This document shows, piece after piece, positions 19,383 to 29,290 of a DNA stretch of 64,000 nt. This DNA is from Capsulimonadaceae bacterium (GTDB lineage: Bacteria; Armatimonadota; Armatimonadia; Armatimonadales; Capsulimonadaceae). How positions within the stretch are numbered: the stretch's first letter is position 1; each line of letters opens with the position of its first letter. The translations under genes and the position numbers were made by a program. Location of the stretch: positions 4,960,001 through 5,024,000 of the forward strand of contig OZ244065.1 in the NCBI GenBank assembly GCA_965215505.1, written 5' to 3'. The notes beneath the pieces were generated by a model. It did not search any database, was not told where the DNA came from, and saw only the letters and a program-made list of their open reading frames with translations.

Positions 19383-19757
19383 TCAGGACAGGGCGAGAGA
19401 AGCCTTTATCGGCCCTTGCCGCACGGGTGTCAGCTCCCCCGCCTCCATAGCCTCGACGATGACGCCTTCTTCCGGCAGGATCACCACGCGCGCGTTGAGC
19501 GCCTGCGCGATGCGGCGCAGGGTGGGGAGGGTCGGCATCTGGCCGCGCTCGATGCGGGCGAGCATCGGTTGCTTGATGCCGGTCTTCTCGGACAACTCCC
19601 GCTGAGTCAGGTTGCGGGCCTCGCGCGTCTCGGTCAGCGCCAGACCCAGGCGCGTGCCCTCGCGTGCATGAGTCAGTTCTTCGGCGAACGTAGGACTAGC
19701 CGCGATCTGTTCGGCGACGTATTGCTGGAGTGACTTGTACGGATCTTGGGTCTGCAT
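19383..19757 (-). CDS. XRE-family HTH antitoxin
   Basis: REARNLTQRELSEKTGIKQPMLARIERG..PTLPTLRRIAQAL; directly downstream of toxin. Confidence 0.85.
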   Translation of the reverse strand: MQTQDPYKSLQQYVAEQIAASPTFAEELTHAREGTRLGLALTETREARNLTQRELSEKTGIKQPMLARIERGQMPTLPTLRRIAQALNARVVILPEEGVIVEAMEAGELTPVRQGPIKASLALS

Positions 19758-20139
19758 GGTCTTTCTCTGCTTTCTCAACTGCCTCCCGCCGCTCTGCTTC
19801 TCGGCGGCGTACCTCCTCAACGCGGCTCAGAGCCAGTCGCGTATCACCCGGCTTGAGCCGCTGTGACTTCTTGCTGATGGCATGAACGATGACGATCTGT
19901 TCCTCAACATAGGTAAAGTAGAAGTAGCGGTACTCGATGCCGCCAAACTCAGGCCTCAGTTCCCACAAGTCGTCCTGAACCTTGCTGGCGTAGTTGCTAG
20001 GCAAACGGTTGCCCCGTTCTTCCAAAAGAAGCATGTAGTCAACGCACTTCGCCCGTGCCTTCTCCGAGAGGGACGCCAGGAACTCACCTACGGGGCTGTC
20101 GCCTCGCTCCGACTGGTAGAAGACGACCTCCCATGGCAT
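19696..20139 (-). CDS. RelE/ParE (Gp49/HigB-like) toxin
   Basis: WEVVFYQSERGDSPVGEFL, LWELRP, YRYFYF, IVHAISKKSQ. Confidence 0.88.
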   Translation of the reverse strand: MPWEVVFYQSERGDSPVGEFLASLSEKARAKCVDYMLLLEERGNRLPSNYASKVQDDLWELRPEFGGIEYRYFYFTYVEEQIVIVHAISKKSQRLKPGDTRLALSRVEEVRRREAERREAVEKAEKDHADPRSVQVTPAIRRRTDRG

Positions 20140-20147
20140 GATGACGC

Positions 20148-20176
20148 ATTATAACTCTTGTGTTATCAGAAGTCAA
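20148..20176 (-). promoter_or_regulatory. Sigma70-type promoter of the TA operon with overlapping palindromic operator
   Basis: TTGACT-17 bp-TATAAT; ATAAC-N6-GTTAT palindrome at 20151-20166. Confidence 0.7.
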
Positions 20177-20215
20177 TGCTGATCTGATCGGGTCTGCCTC
20201 AATTAGTGCGTCACC

Positions 20216-21531
20216 GATAGTGTCAAGTTGTTTCTGTAAAAGCTGGGAGCATCCTTGCGTGTCTACGGGTTCGTGATGGCCTGTTCCGCGAAGGTCAGGT
20301 AGGCTTTGTCCGCCTGCCAGTCGTCGCTGATCTCCATCAGTACCGCGCTCGCCAGCCGCAGGCACGACGCCTCGTTCGGGAAGATGCTTGCCACCCGCGT
20401 CCTGCGGCGCACTTCTCGGTTGACCCGCTCGACGCCGTTAGTCGTCCGTAGCAGGCGACGATGCGGCTCAGGGAACGCGAACACCGTCAAGCCTTCGGGC
20501 AGGTTCTCTTCCAGCCAGGCCGAGAGTCTGGGTGCCGCCGCTTCGTACTTCTGGATGGCCCGCTTCAGTAGCGCGTCGGCTTCGGCTCTGTCCTGGGCGC
20601 TGAAGACGGCCCTGATGTCTGCCGCGGCCTGTGCCTTGGCGTCCTGACGTGGCACATAGGCCGAGGCGTTCTGCTGAAGATGGAACTGGCAGCGCTGCCA
20701 CGGGATGCCGCCGAACACGGCCAGCCGCGCCGCCTTCAGCCCCTCGTGGGCGTCGCTGACGATCAGGCGCACGCCCCGCAAGCCGCGCTGGACGAGGCTT
20801 TGCAGGAACGAGCGCCAATGCACTTCTTTCTCGGACAGGGCGACGGAGACGCCCAGCACCTGCCGCTTGCCCTGCGCGTCCACGCCCACGGCGATCAGCA
20901 CGGCGGCATCCTGCACCAGTCCGCCCTGGCGCACCTTCTCGTAGCGGGCGTCCAGCAGCAGGTACGGACATCCGCCCAGTGGGCGCTGCCGCCAGGCTTC
21001 CAGAGTGGCGTCGAGTTCTTTGGCGGCCTGGCTGACCTGGCCGCTGCTGACCGAGAAGCCGCACAACTGCTCGGTGATGGCGGCCACCTTGCGGGTGGAG
21101 ACGCCCTGCATGTACATCTCGGCCAAGGCCAGCTTCAGGGCGCGCTCGGAGCGGGTGCCCCGTTCCAGGCTCTGCGGATAGAAGCCGCCCTCTCGCACCT
21201 GGGGGACGGCGACGGTGATCTGTCCCAGGCGGGTGTTGAGTGTCTTATCTTTGTAGCCGTTGGCGTGGCCCGTGCGCTGCTCGGTGCGCTCGTGCAAAGC
21301 CGCACCGAGGTGGTTCTGACGCTCGATCTGCATGGCGGCGTTGAGCAGGACGCGGAACAGATCGGGCAAAGCGTCAAGCCCGTGCGCGGCAAGCTGCTCC
21401 AAAAGAGGCGCTGGTAGTGTAGAATCTTCGTGGTAGGTCATGGGTAGTTTCCTTGTGGTGTGGTAACTCCAAGGATACTCCCTGACCTACTATTTCAGGC
21501 CATCAATTTACAGAAAACATTTTACACTAAC
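20216..21531 (-). mobile_element. IS256-family insertion sequence (copy 1), no target-site duplication
   Basis: Imperfect terminal inverted repeats GATAGTGTCAAGTTGTTTCTGTAAA / TTTACAGAAAACATTTTACACTAAC shared with copy 2; flanks GCGTCACC and AACCCGCG differ. Confidence 0.9.
20263..21441 (-). CDS. IS256 (Mutator-type) transposase
   Basis: EMYMQGVSTRKV, LDARYEKVR, SDAHEGL, WQRCQFH, RTTNGVERVNRE, FPNEASCLRL. Confidence 0.96.
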   Translation of the reverse strand: MTYHEDSTLPAPLLEQLAAHGLDALPDLFRVLLNAAMQIERQNHLGAALHERTEQRTGHANGYKDKTLNTRLGQITVAVPQVREGGFYPQSLERGTRSERALKLALAEMYMQGVSTRKVAAITEQLCGFSVSSGQVSQAAKELDATLEAWRQRPLGGCPYLLLDARYEKVRQGGLVQDAAVLIAVGVDAQGKRQVLGVSVALSEKEVHWRSFLQSLVQRGLRGVRLIVSDAHEGLKAARLAVFGGIPWQRCQFHLQQNASAYVPRQDAKAQAAADIRAVFSAQDRAEADALLKRAIQKYEAAAPRLSAWLEENLPEGLTVFAFPEPHRRLLRTTNGVERVNREVRRRTRVASIFPNEASCLRLASAVLMEISDDWQADKAYLTFAEQAITNP

Positions 21532-21647
21532 AACCCGCGTTTACCCACGTTCAACTTGACACTGGAACCCTTTTCCACCCATACTGTTTATTCTAACGGC
21601 GATAATCATTGACTCCAAAATGACGGATTTAGAAGCGGGGCGTAGAC

Positions 21648-22664
21648 GTGAACCAAGTGGACTCAGGCGAGATTTTTGATGTGGCGATCATCGGCGGCGG
21701 GCCGGTCGGGCAGTATGCCGCCTATTATGCGGGCCTGCGCGGCATGAAGACGAAGGTTATTGACAGCCTGCCGCAGCTCGGTGGGCAGCTCGCGGCCCTG
21801 TACCCCGAGAAGTACATCTTCGACGTGGCCGGGTACGCCAAGGTCTACGCGCGGGACCTAGTGGAGAACCTGACCGAGCAGATGATGCAGTACGGGCCGA
21901 CCCTGGCCCTCGACGAGAAGGTCTCCGGCCTCACCTCGGAAGACGGCTTGGTCACCATGACGACCGAGAAGGGCCACACGCACTACGCCAAGTCCGCCAT
22001 CATCGCGGCGGGCGTCGGGGCCTTCATGCCGCGCAAGATCGCGCAGGCGGGTCTGGACGAGCTGGAAGGGCGCGGCCTGCACTACTTCGTCACCGACAAG
22101 AGCATCCTGGCCGGGAAGCGCCTCCTGGTCGTCGGCGGCGGCGACAGCGCCTTCGACTGGACTTTGAACCTGTACGACTCGGCCCAGAGCATCATGCAGA
22201 TCCACCGCTCGGACAAGTACAAGGCCCACGAGGACACCATTCAGAAGGTCATGGCCTTGCCCATCGAGTTCAAGACCTTCCATGAGGTCAAGCAGGTGCA
22301 TGGCGAGGAGCATGTCGAGGGCGTCACCATCTTCGACAACCGCACCAAAGAAGAGTTCTACTATGAGTGCGACGAGATCCTGTTTTCGCTCGGCTTCCTG
22401 ACTAACTTAGGCCCCATCAAGCAGTGGGGGTTCGACATCGTCGGCAACTCCATCGCGGTCAGCAACACGCGCATGGAGACCAACATCCCCGGCGTCTACG
22501 CGGCGGGCGACATCATCACCTATGACGGTAAGCTGAAGCTGATCGCGACCGGCTTCGGCGAGGCGGCAACCGCCGTCAACCACGCCAAAGCGCATGTGGA
22601 CCCCGCCGCCAAGGTCAATCCGGGCCACTCCTCGGAGAACGTGCCCGAGAAGAAGCCGCACTGA
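21648..22664 (+). CDS. Ferredoxin--NADP+ reductase (TrxB-like, YumC type)
   Basis: GGGPVG, GGQLAALYPEKYIFDVAG, GGGDSA, AAGDI..YDGKLKLIATGFGEA, PGHSS; no CxxC. Confidence 0.9.
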   Translation: MNQVDSGEIFDVAIIGGGPVGQYAAYYAGLRGMKTKVIDSLPQLGGQLAALYPEKYIFDVAGYAKVYARDLVENLTEQMMQYGPTLALDEKVSGLTSEDGLVTMTTEKGHTHYAKSAIIAAGVGAFMPRKIAQAGLDELEGRGLHYFVTDKSILAGKRLLVVGGGDSAFDWTLNLYDSAQSIMQIHRSDKYKAHEDTIQKVMALPIEFKTFHEVKQVHGEEHVEGVTIFDNRTKEEFYYECDEILFSLGFLTNLGPIKQWGFDIVGNSIAVSNTRMETNIPGVYAAGDIITYDGKLKLIATGFGEAATAVNHAKAHVDPAAKVNPGHSSENVPEKKPH

Positions 22665-22681
22665 GCGAATCTGGAGCCGCC

Positions 22682-23155
22682 ATGCTGACCGAGTACCCCT
22701 ATGCCCGGAACTACCTGTTCAACGCCCTGGAATCGGCCCCCGTGCTGTTCGACCACCTGCTGGATGGTCTGACCGAGGAGGAGGCCGACCGGCGGCCGGA
22801 CGCGGACCGGTTTACCATCCGCGAGGTCATGGCGCATCTGGCCGATTGGGAGCCGGTCTTTCTGGAGCGCCTGACCCGGATGCGCTCCGAAGACCATCCC
22901 ACCCTGCCCGGCTATGATGAGGGGCAGTGGGCGATTGACCACGGCTACGCCCAAACGGACTGGCGCGCGCAGAGCCGCCTGTTCGCCGCCCGGCGGCGGG
23001 AATTGACTGCCTTCCTCCGCGCCTGCGCCCCCAACGAATGGGCGCGCACTGCTGACCGTCCCGAGATCGGCGTCCTCACGATCGAGGCGCAGGCCCTGCT
23101 CATCCCCCTGCACGATGCCTACCATCTGCATCAGGTGGTCGAATGGCGCGGGTGA
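22682..23155 (+). CDS. DinB/YfiT-family protein
   Basis: FTIREVMAHLAD.E, LPGYD, HDAYHLHQ. Confidence 0.85.
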   Translation: MLTEYPYARNYLFNALESAPVLFDHLLDGLTEEEADRRPDADRFTIREVMAHLADWEPVFLERLTRMRSEDHPTLPGYDEGQWAIDHGYAQTDWRAQSRLFAARRRELTAFLRACAPNEWARTADRPEIGVLTIEAQALLIPLHDAYHLHQVVEWRG

Positions 23156-23528
23156 CGTGTGTTCAGATGGAAGCTGCGCTTTGCCTCAGGGCGATTGCAC
23201 ATCAGGCCCAGCCGTGCCATTCATGGGACGGCTGTTCAGCGAAGACGCTACAACCCCCGCTTCTGCACTGGCAGACTGCCCCAATAACTGAGACGCGGAG
23301 GGCGCGGGGCTAGGGGATGCTCATTCTGAGTGCCGCGAAGCGGTACTTCTTGGCGTTCGCGCCGCGTAGCCGTGCGTTGCAACGCATGGTCGGGTTTATG
23401 CGCGGTTGCCCCGCGCTTCGCCTCACGGAAATAGCGCGTTTCGTGCTTCTTGTGATATAATGGGTGTAAGTCGGCCTCCCATAAACTTTGTACGCCGTGA
23501 CCGACCGTTTCTCAGAAAGCCGAGAAAT

Positions 23529-24515
23529 ATGCCCACCTTCAAAATGCCCCGCAAGGCGCTCCCCGTGCGTGGCTCCCGCCAAGCCTTCACTCTGATCGAG
23601 CTGCTCGTGGTCATCGCCATCATCGCGATTCTCGCCGCCATCCTCTTCCCCGTCTTCCAGAACGTCCGCGAGAACGCCCGCCGGGCCGCCTGCGAGTCCA
23701 ACATGAAACAGCTCGGCTTGGCCTTCACGCAGTACCTACAGGACAGCGACGAACGCCTGCCGATGGGGTCGTCGGCGGGCCGGGACAACCTGGGCGCGGG
23801 TGACGGCTGGGCGGGGCGCATCTACCCTTTCGTCAAGAGCGCGGGGGCGTTCGCCTGCCCGGATGATGCCGCGTCCCCGGTGCAGAACACGTTCGGTGGG
23901 TCGGCTTATACTCTCTCCCCCGTCTCATTTGCCTATAACGCCGACTTGGCGGGCAGCGGCTCCCTCGGCATCCAGGGCGCAGCCCCCCTCCTGAATGCCC
24001 CCGCTAAGACCGTCCTGCTGTGCGAAGTGACGGCGGCGCCCTTCGCCGCCTCCGCTCAGGACGCGCAGGCCGTGGCGGACCTCTCCACGGTTGACGAGTG
24101 GGGCGGGCAGGGCGCCGGCGTGTCGCCCTGCATGGACGGCTCCCCGGCCTCCGATGGGGAATCGGCCTTCGTCCTCGCGCCCGGCGGCACCTCCTGCTCT
24201 CTGCCCCTCGCCACCGGCTTCATGGGAGTTTCCGGCCCGCGCACCATGAACTTCCAGGCGGGCGTGGGCAAGTTCTACCTCGCGCCGACGGGCCGGCACA
24301 CGGGCGGCTCCAACTTCCTCTTCTGCGACGGACACGTCAAGTGGCTGCGCGGGAATCAGGTGTCCACGGGGCCGGTCCTCGGCTCCGACTCGCCGACGAA
24401 GGGGGCCGCAGAGCAGCCGACGGACTCCCAGGACAGCAATCCCAACCTCAAGCGCGGGAACGCCGCCGGGACGCAGAGCGCCCAGCCCTGGGCCGCGACG
24501 TTCAGCCCGATCTAG
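23529..24515 (+). CDS. Prepilin-type N-terminal cleavage/methylation protein (DUF1559, H-X9-DG)
   Basis: [25 protein letters not shown]...[32 protein letters not shown]. Confidence 0.92.
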   Translation: MPTFKMPRKALPVRGSRQAFTLIELLVVIAIIAILAAILFPVFQNVRENARRAACESNMKQLGLAFTQYLQDSDERLPMGSSAGRDNLGAGDGWAGRIYPFVKSAGAFACPDDAASPVQNTFGGSAYTLSPVSFAYNADLAGSGSLGIQGAAPLLNAPAKTVLLCEVTAAPFAASAQDAQAVADLSTVDEWGGQGAGVSPCMDGSPASDGESAFVLAPGGTSCSLPLATGFMGVSGPRTMNFQAGVGKFYLAPTGRHTGGSNFLFCDGHVKWLRGNQVSTGPVLGSDSPTKGAAEQPTDSQDSNPNLKRGNAAGTQSAQPWAATFSPI

Positions 24516-24603
24516 TCCACCGGTCTTACTCCTCCATCGTCCGCAGGACGCCTGGCCTAGCGAGCGGTTTTCATCCGCTCACGAATTCAGGTATCATGCC
24601 CCC

Positions 24604-25146
24604 ATGACGGACGACACACTAGACGAGGTACTACTAGCCCATTATACCGGACGGCTCGCCGGGCTGCGTTACCAGGCGGTCGGCATGGTCGAGACGCTGA
24701 CGTTCTCGCCGGAGATGGACCGGCACGTCACGATGACGACACTGCAAGTGCTTCCCGAGAGTGGCGTCTGCGGCCAGTACCCCGGCAAGCAGTGGTGGCA
24801 GGGCCGCCGCATCCCCGGCCGGCAGATTTCCGCCGTCAGCGCCGACGTCCTCGATGCCCTGGACATCCCCCATGACGTGCCTGGAGACAACCTGATCATC
24901 CGGGGCATTGACCTGGGCCGGTTCGTCCCCGGCGACACCCTGCGCGTCGGCGATGCTCTGCTCTCAGTCACCCCGACCCTGCACCGGCCCTGCGCGAAGC
25001 TTGCGCGGCGGACGAGCCTGACCCGGATGAAGGCGATCAGCGCCGGCCGCCTGCGTGGCCTCCTGCTGGACGCCCGCGCGCCCGCGACGATCCGGGTCGG
25101 CGACCCGGTCGAGCTGATCCTGCTCCCCTCTGACAGCGTTGTTTAA
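24604..25146 (+). CDS. MOSC domain protein
   Basis: RQIS, PGDNLIIRG, GDTLRVGDALL.VT...RPC.KL, IRVGD.V. Confidence 0.8.
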   Translation: MTDDTLDEVLLAHYTGRLAGLRYQAVGMVETLTFSPEMDRHVTMTTLQVLPESGVCGQYPGKQWWQGRRIPGRQISAVSADVLDALDIPHDVPGDNLIIRGIDLGRFVPGDTLRVGDALLSVTPTLHRPCAKLARRTSLTRMKAISAGRLRGLLLDARAPATIRVGDPVELILLPSDSVV

Positions 25147-25193
25147 AGCGGCCTTGCTTTCCGGTATAATGACGCCGGAAAGTTTTCTCCCCC

Positions 25194-25646
25194 ATGCCAA
25201 CACGAACCACTAAGACCGGCCTCCTTCTGCTCGCCATCGCCGCCCTCGGCGCGGGATGTTCGCGGCCCCAGCCCACCGTGGATCAGGTGGGGGGTGTCAC
25301 CACGCCTCCCGACCTGCGCGTCGGTGCCAACCCCCCCGGCGGCCCGAGCGAGGCCCCCACCGGCGCGGGCGCGGGCGGCTCGGCGGCGGCGGGCTATGAG
25401 GGCGGGCGCGTCGGCTCCACGCGCGAGCAGCCAACCCTGCCGCCCCAGCCCCAGGGCATCACCCAGAGCCGCATGTCCCCCGTCGGCAGCAGCGGCTCCG
25501 GGCTGGGCGACCGGGGCAACCCGATTCCCCCGGACGTCTCCCTCACTGCCCCGCCCGATCCCGCCGCCCCCGTGCGCCTGGCCCCGGCCAGCACTGCCAT
25601 CCCCAACAGACTGCCCGAGGGGAACGCGCGGGTTCGGAAGCCCTAA
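25194..25646 (+). CDS. Pro/Gly-rich putative lipoprotein
   Basis: Lipobox-like LGAGC after a hydrophobic stretch. Confidence 0.65.
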   Translation: MPTRTTKTGLLLLAIAALGAGCSRPQPTVDQVGGVTTPPDLRVGANPPGGPSEAPTGAGAGGSAAAGYEGGRVGSTREQPTLPPQPQGITQSRMSPVGSSGSGLGDRGNPIPPDVSLTAPPDPAAPVRLAPASTAIPNRLPEGNARVRKP

Positions 25647-25780
25647 CCCGCCCCGCGGCGAGTCACTTCTCCTATGTTCCGTCTTTGATGGCATTCGGTA
25701 AGCCGGCAGGAGCATCCCAACCGCCGCCCCTCCGCCCCCGCCCGTCTCGGGAAGGGAAGCGACTCGTCGCGGGGCGGGTT
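25645..25780. mobile_element. MITE/REPIN-like element, 136 bp
   Basis: 25-bp inverted repeat with 2 mismatches: AACCCGCCCCGCGGCGAGTCACTTC (25645-25669) / GAAGCGACTCGTCGCGGGGCGGGTT (25756-25780). Confidence 0.6.
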
Positions 25781-25861
25781 CCTTGACTCCTCTTCCCCTT
25801 TCGACTATAATGTACGGCAGCAGACCGGCCCATTCCGCCGCCACTTCCAGGAGACTCCCCC

Positions 25862-26974
25862 ATGCCTTACGAAGGCCAAGCCGCCGTCCTCAACGAAGAC
25901 GGGCGCGACGTTGAAGTCGAAGACATCACCATTGACGACCCCGGCCCCGGCGAGGTGCTGGTCAAGCTGGCCGCGTCTGGCGTCTGCCACACCGACCTGA
26001 CTGTCAAGAACCTCCACGGCAACGGCATGACCTTCCCCATCGTGCTGGGCCATGAGGGCGCGGGGTATGTTGAGGCCGTAGGCGAAGGAGTCAAAGGCCT
26101 GAAAAAAGGCGACCCGGTCGTCATTGCCTACCGCGCGCCCTGCGAGCAGTGCCCCGCCTGCAAGCGCGGCGACCCGCGCCACTGCTACATGGCCCTGCGG
26201 CCCGGCCCGCGCGTCCACCGCAAGCGCGACGGCGCGGTCTGCTCCCAGGTGCTGCGCTGCGGGACCTTCGCCACCCATACCGTCGTCCACTCCAAGGCCG
26301 CCATCAAGATGCCTAGGGAGATGCCGCTCGACCGGGCCTGCCTGCTCGCCTGCGGCGTCGTCACCGGCGTCGGCGCGGCCATGAACACCACGCCCGTCTT
26401 TGCCGGGTCGCGCGTCGCCGTCATCGGCTGCGGCGGCGTCGGCCTGTCCGTGATCCAGGGCGCGAAGCTCCAGAACGCCCGGCAGATCATCGCCGTGGAC
26501 GTCAGCGCCAACAAGCTCCGTCAGGCTTTGGACTTCGGCGCGACCCACACGGTCAACGCTAAAGAAGGCGACCCCGTGGTCCAGGTGCGCGCCCTGACCG
26601 AGGACGGCTGGGACGGCGGCGTCGAGTACGCTTTCGAGGCGACCGGCATCCCCGTCTGCACCGAGCAGGCCGTCAAGATGCTCTCCTACGGCGGCACGGC
26701 GACCACCATCGGCTTCCCGGCTGCTGAGGACGCCGTGACCCTGAACCTCGGCGACATGGCGACCGGCGTCTACTGGAACAAGGCGGGCCTGCGCGTCTGC
26801 CACTGCGGCGACGCCCTCCCGTCCCACGACTTCCCCCTGCTCGCCCAGCTTTATCTGACCGGCCAGCTAAAGCTCGACGAGATGGTGACCAGCCGCATCA
26901 CGATCAACGACGTGAACGAGGCCTTCGAGGCCATGCACGGCGGCGACGTCCTGCGAAGCGTCATCATGTTCTGA
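25862..26974 (+). CDS. Zn-dependent alcohol/formaldehyde dehydrogenase (MDR family)
   Basis: GVCHTD, GHEGAG, CEQCPAC...C, CGVVTGVGA, GCGGVG. Confidence 0.9.
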   Translation: MPYEGQAAVLNEDGRDVEVEDITIDDPGPGEVLVKLAASGVCHTDLTVKNLHGNGMTFPIVLGHEGAGYVEAVGEGVKGLKKGDPVVIAYRAPCEQCPACKRGDPRHCYMALRPGPRVHRKRDGAVCSQVLRCGTFATHTVVHSKAAIKMPREMPLDRACLLACGVVTGVGAAMNTTPVFAGSRVAVIGCGGVGLSVIQGAKLQNARQIIAVDVSANKLRQALDFGATHTVNAKEGDPVVQVRALTEDGWDGGVEYAFEATGIPVCTEQAVKMLSYGGTATTIGFPAAEDAVTLNLGDMATGVYWNKAGLRVCHCGDALPSHDFPLLAQLYLTGQLKLDEMVTSRITINDVNEAFEAMHGGDVLRSVIMF

Positions 26975-26992
26975 GGAAGGCCGGGAACAGCT

Positions 26993-27568
26993 ATGGAAGG
27001 CGAGCTACAGCTTAACCTGCGTCAGATTGTTCAAGTGCTGGAAGACCTTCTCGGCAGGCCCTCCCGTTGGAATGGCAAGGCGTTCCTGGCAAGGAGTTTA
27101 TCATTTGCTGGGGCCGCGCATTATGACGGCAGCATCAGCGTCAGCGAACTGGTCTATTCGGAGCCGGACTTACGCTGGCGGACTATGATCCACGAGGCAC
27201 TACACACCTTTTCTCCGCCGTACACGCGCTTGGAGTACAACGCGGCTCAAGGCTGGGAAGAGGGGGCGGTCGAATAGATGCAGCGCTTGCTGCGGCCACA
27301 AGTCCTCGCTGCGCTTGGGGTCACAGTGCGGGAAGCAGTGCTGATAGATGCCGAAGCAGGCCATCAGTACAACGTCTATATTGCGTTGCTGGAGGATCTA
27401 CGCCTCCAACTGGGTGATGCGCCCCTCACTTTCTACCGGATGCTTTTGTCAACCCCGTTGCCAGAACGCGCCCTGGTATTGAGGCAAAGCGGTATTATGT
27501 TAGAGGAACAAGAGCGTCAGGCGTTCAGGATGGCATTGCTGAAAGCCGTCTTCGCTCTCAGCCGATGA
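26993..27568 (+). pseudogene. HEXXH zinc-metallopeptidase-like gene interrupted by an in-frame TAG
   Basis: ORFs 26993-27277 and 27278-27568 share a frame and are separated only by TAG; IHEALH...GWEEGAVE*MQRLLRP. Confidence 0.7.
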
Positions 27569-27789
27569 ATAGGAAGCTCAGAATGGGATGGAATGAAACC
27601 GAGCGCGATGAGATCATCGCCACTGTACTGACCGCCAACACGCCGGAGAAGTACGAGCAGGCCGAAGAACTAATCATCGGCTGGATGAAGCAGCACCCGC
27701 GAGACTTCGGGATGCTGGATGCGGGCGAGCAACTGGCTATGATGAGCGGCAAATATGAGCCTGCCGCAGAGGATGCGACGACGGTTTAG
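27565..27789 (+). CDS. Small hypothetical protein, coupled to upstream gene
   Basis: 74 aa, ATGA overlap at 27565-27568. Confidence 0.55.
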   Translation: MNRKLRMGWNETERDEIIATVLTANTPEKYEQAEELIIGWMKQHPRDFGMLDAGEQLAMMSGKYEPAAEDATTV

Positions 27790-27858
27790 CGAAGTTGAGG
27801 ATGATGTGTCATGAAGTACGCTGTTCATCCTCAGCCGGCAGGAGAAAGCGGGCCGCTG

Positions 27859-29277
27859 ATGACCACGACGAACGACACACATTCTGCCAAAACGAACCCC
27901 GGCATCCCGCCCCTGGCCGGGCTAGCCACCCACGCTGAGGCGTCGGTCGTCGGGCTGGGCGTGGACGAGAACGTGGAACGGATGCGGCGGCTGAACTACG
28001 TCGAGGCGCGGCTTTACGAGATTTCGGCGGCGTTTATGAACCCCACGCCGGAGTGGGAGGTCAAGGGCGCCCTCAGCCTGCACCTGTACCTCGACGGCGA
28101 GCATTCGCAGGCGCTCAGGGCGCGCGTGGCCGAGCTGCGCCGCCCGCCGCTCTACCTGGACGAAGCGCCCGACGACGCCCTGGAAGCCTTGATGAACGAG
28201 GCGATCCGGGCACGGAACACGGTCGAGCTGCTGGCGGGCGTCTTCGGCGTCATCCGTCCGGCCCTGCTGGATGCCTACCGGGGACATATGGCCGATGTCA
28301 ACCCACTCTTCGACTTCCCGACCGTTCGCCTGATGCGTCAGGCCGCCGCCGAGGAGGAGCAGATGGTGGGGTGGGGGCGGCAGGCTCTGGCCGCCGTCAC
28401 TCAGGCCGAAGAAGATCAGGCCGTCGCCGTCGCGTGGCAGGAACACCTGCGGACCTATCTCGCGGCGGCGGGCGGCATCACGGGGCAGGAAGAAGTTCCC
28501 TCAGACACGGCACTGCCCGCGCCGCGCGCCGTAGGCGAGTTCGCCCCGGACGTGGACCCTCGGCGGGACGCGCGCTCGGGCGAGATCTACAACTTCCACT
28601 ACCGGGCCAACGACGTCTACTCGGACCCCGTGGCCGGGTGGGACGAGCGCAATCTGGCCCTGATGTTCAAGCGGTTCCACGAGATGGACGTGCCCGAGAT
28701 GATGGCGAGCATCGTCGCCCAGACGAAGGGCAAGCCGTGGGAGTATTACCGCGACATGGGCCGGCAGCTATGGGACGAGGCCCGGCACTCCATGATGGGC
28801 GAGGTCTGGTTCGCCAAGTATAACGTGGACTGGAGCCGCTACCCGAACCACGTCGGCTGGTCCATGCACCTGAACCTGGACCGGACGCCCCTGGAGCGGC
28901 ACGTCATCCTGTACTACATCGAGCAGAGCCTGATGAACGGCAAGACCGGCAAGCGCCAGGAGTGGCTGATCGCCCAGCAGGCGAATGACCCGCTGGCGAC
29001 CTACTTCCAGGACTATGACTGGGCCGACGAGGTCCTGCACGCCCAAATCGGCCGCCGCTGGCTGAAGCCGGATCTCGGCACCGTCAAAGACATTCTGGAC
29101 AAGGCCGGCGAGATCATCGCCCGTTCCACGCCTTCGCTCGACGCGCGAAGCCGGGAGACGCCGCAGGAGGACTGGTGGCCCCGCTACGTCCAGGACGTGC
29201 TGGGTCGGCCCAGCACGTCGGTGGCGGGTTCGGACAACCCGGTCATCCCAAAGTTCGAAACCGTCGCGTCAGGATAG
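27859..29277 (+). CDS. Ferritin-like (DUF455-like) double-domain protein
   Basis: E/D-x-x-H motifs: DGEH, WDEARH, ADEVLH; start may be 27811. Confidence 0.65.
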   Translation: MTTTNDTHSAKTNPGIPPLAGLATHAEASVVGLGVDENVERMRRLNYVEARLYEISAAFMNPTPEWEVKGALSLHLYLDGEHSQALRARVAELRRPPLYLDEAPDDALEALMNEAIRARNTVELLAGVFGVIRPALLDAYRGHMADVNPLFDFPTVRLMRQAAAEEEQMVGWGRQALAAVTQAEEDQAVAVAWQEHLRTYLAAAGGITGQEEVPSDTALPAPRAVGEFAPDVDPRRDARSGEIYNFHYRANDVYSDPVAGWDERNLALMFKRFHEMDVPEMMASIVAQTKGKPWEYYRDMGRQLWDEARHSMMGEVWFAKYNVDWSRYPNHVGWSMHLNLDRTPLERHVILYYIEQSLMNGKTGKRQEWLIAQQANDPLATYFQDYDWADEVLHAQIGRRWLKPDLGTVKDILDKAGEIIARSTPSLDARSRETPQEDWWPRYVQDVLGRPSTSVAGSDNPVIPKFETVASG

Positions 29278-29290
29278 ACAAGGACAAGAA

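Noticed and set aside
21601-21612. Fur-box-like GATAATCATT upstream of the ferredoxin reductase
   Set aside because: Only a partial match; cannot be supported without a genome-wide motif
27275-27277. Pyrrolysine or genetic-code reassignment of TAG
   Set aside because: TAG terminates many clear genes here (gap, cysC, exbD, rimO); a point nonsense mutation is simpler
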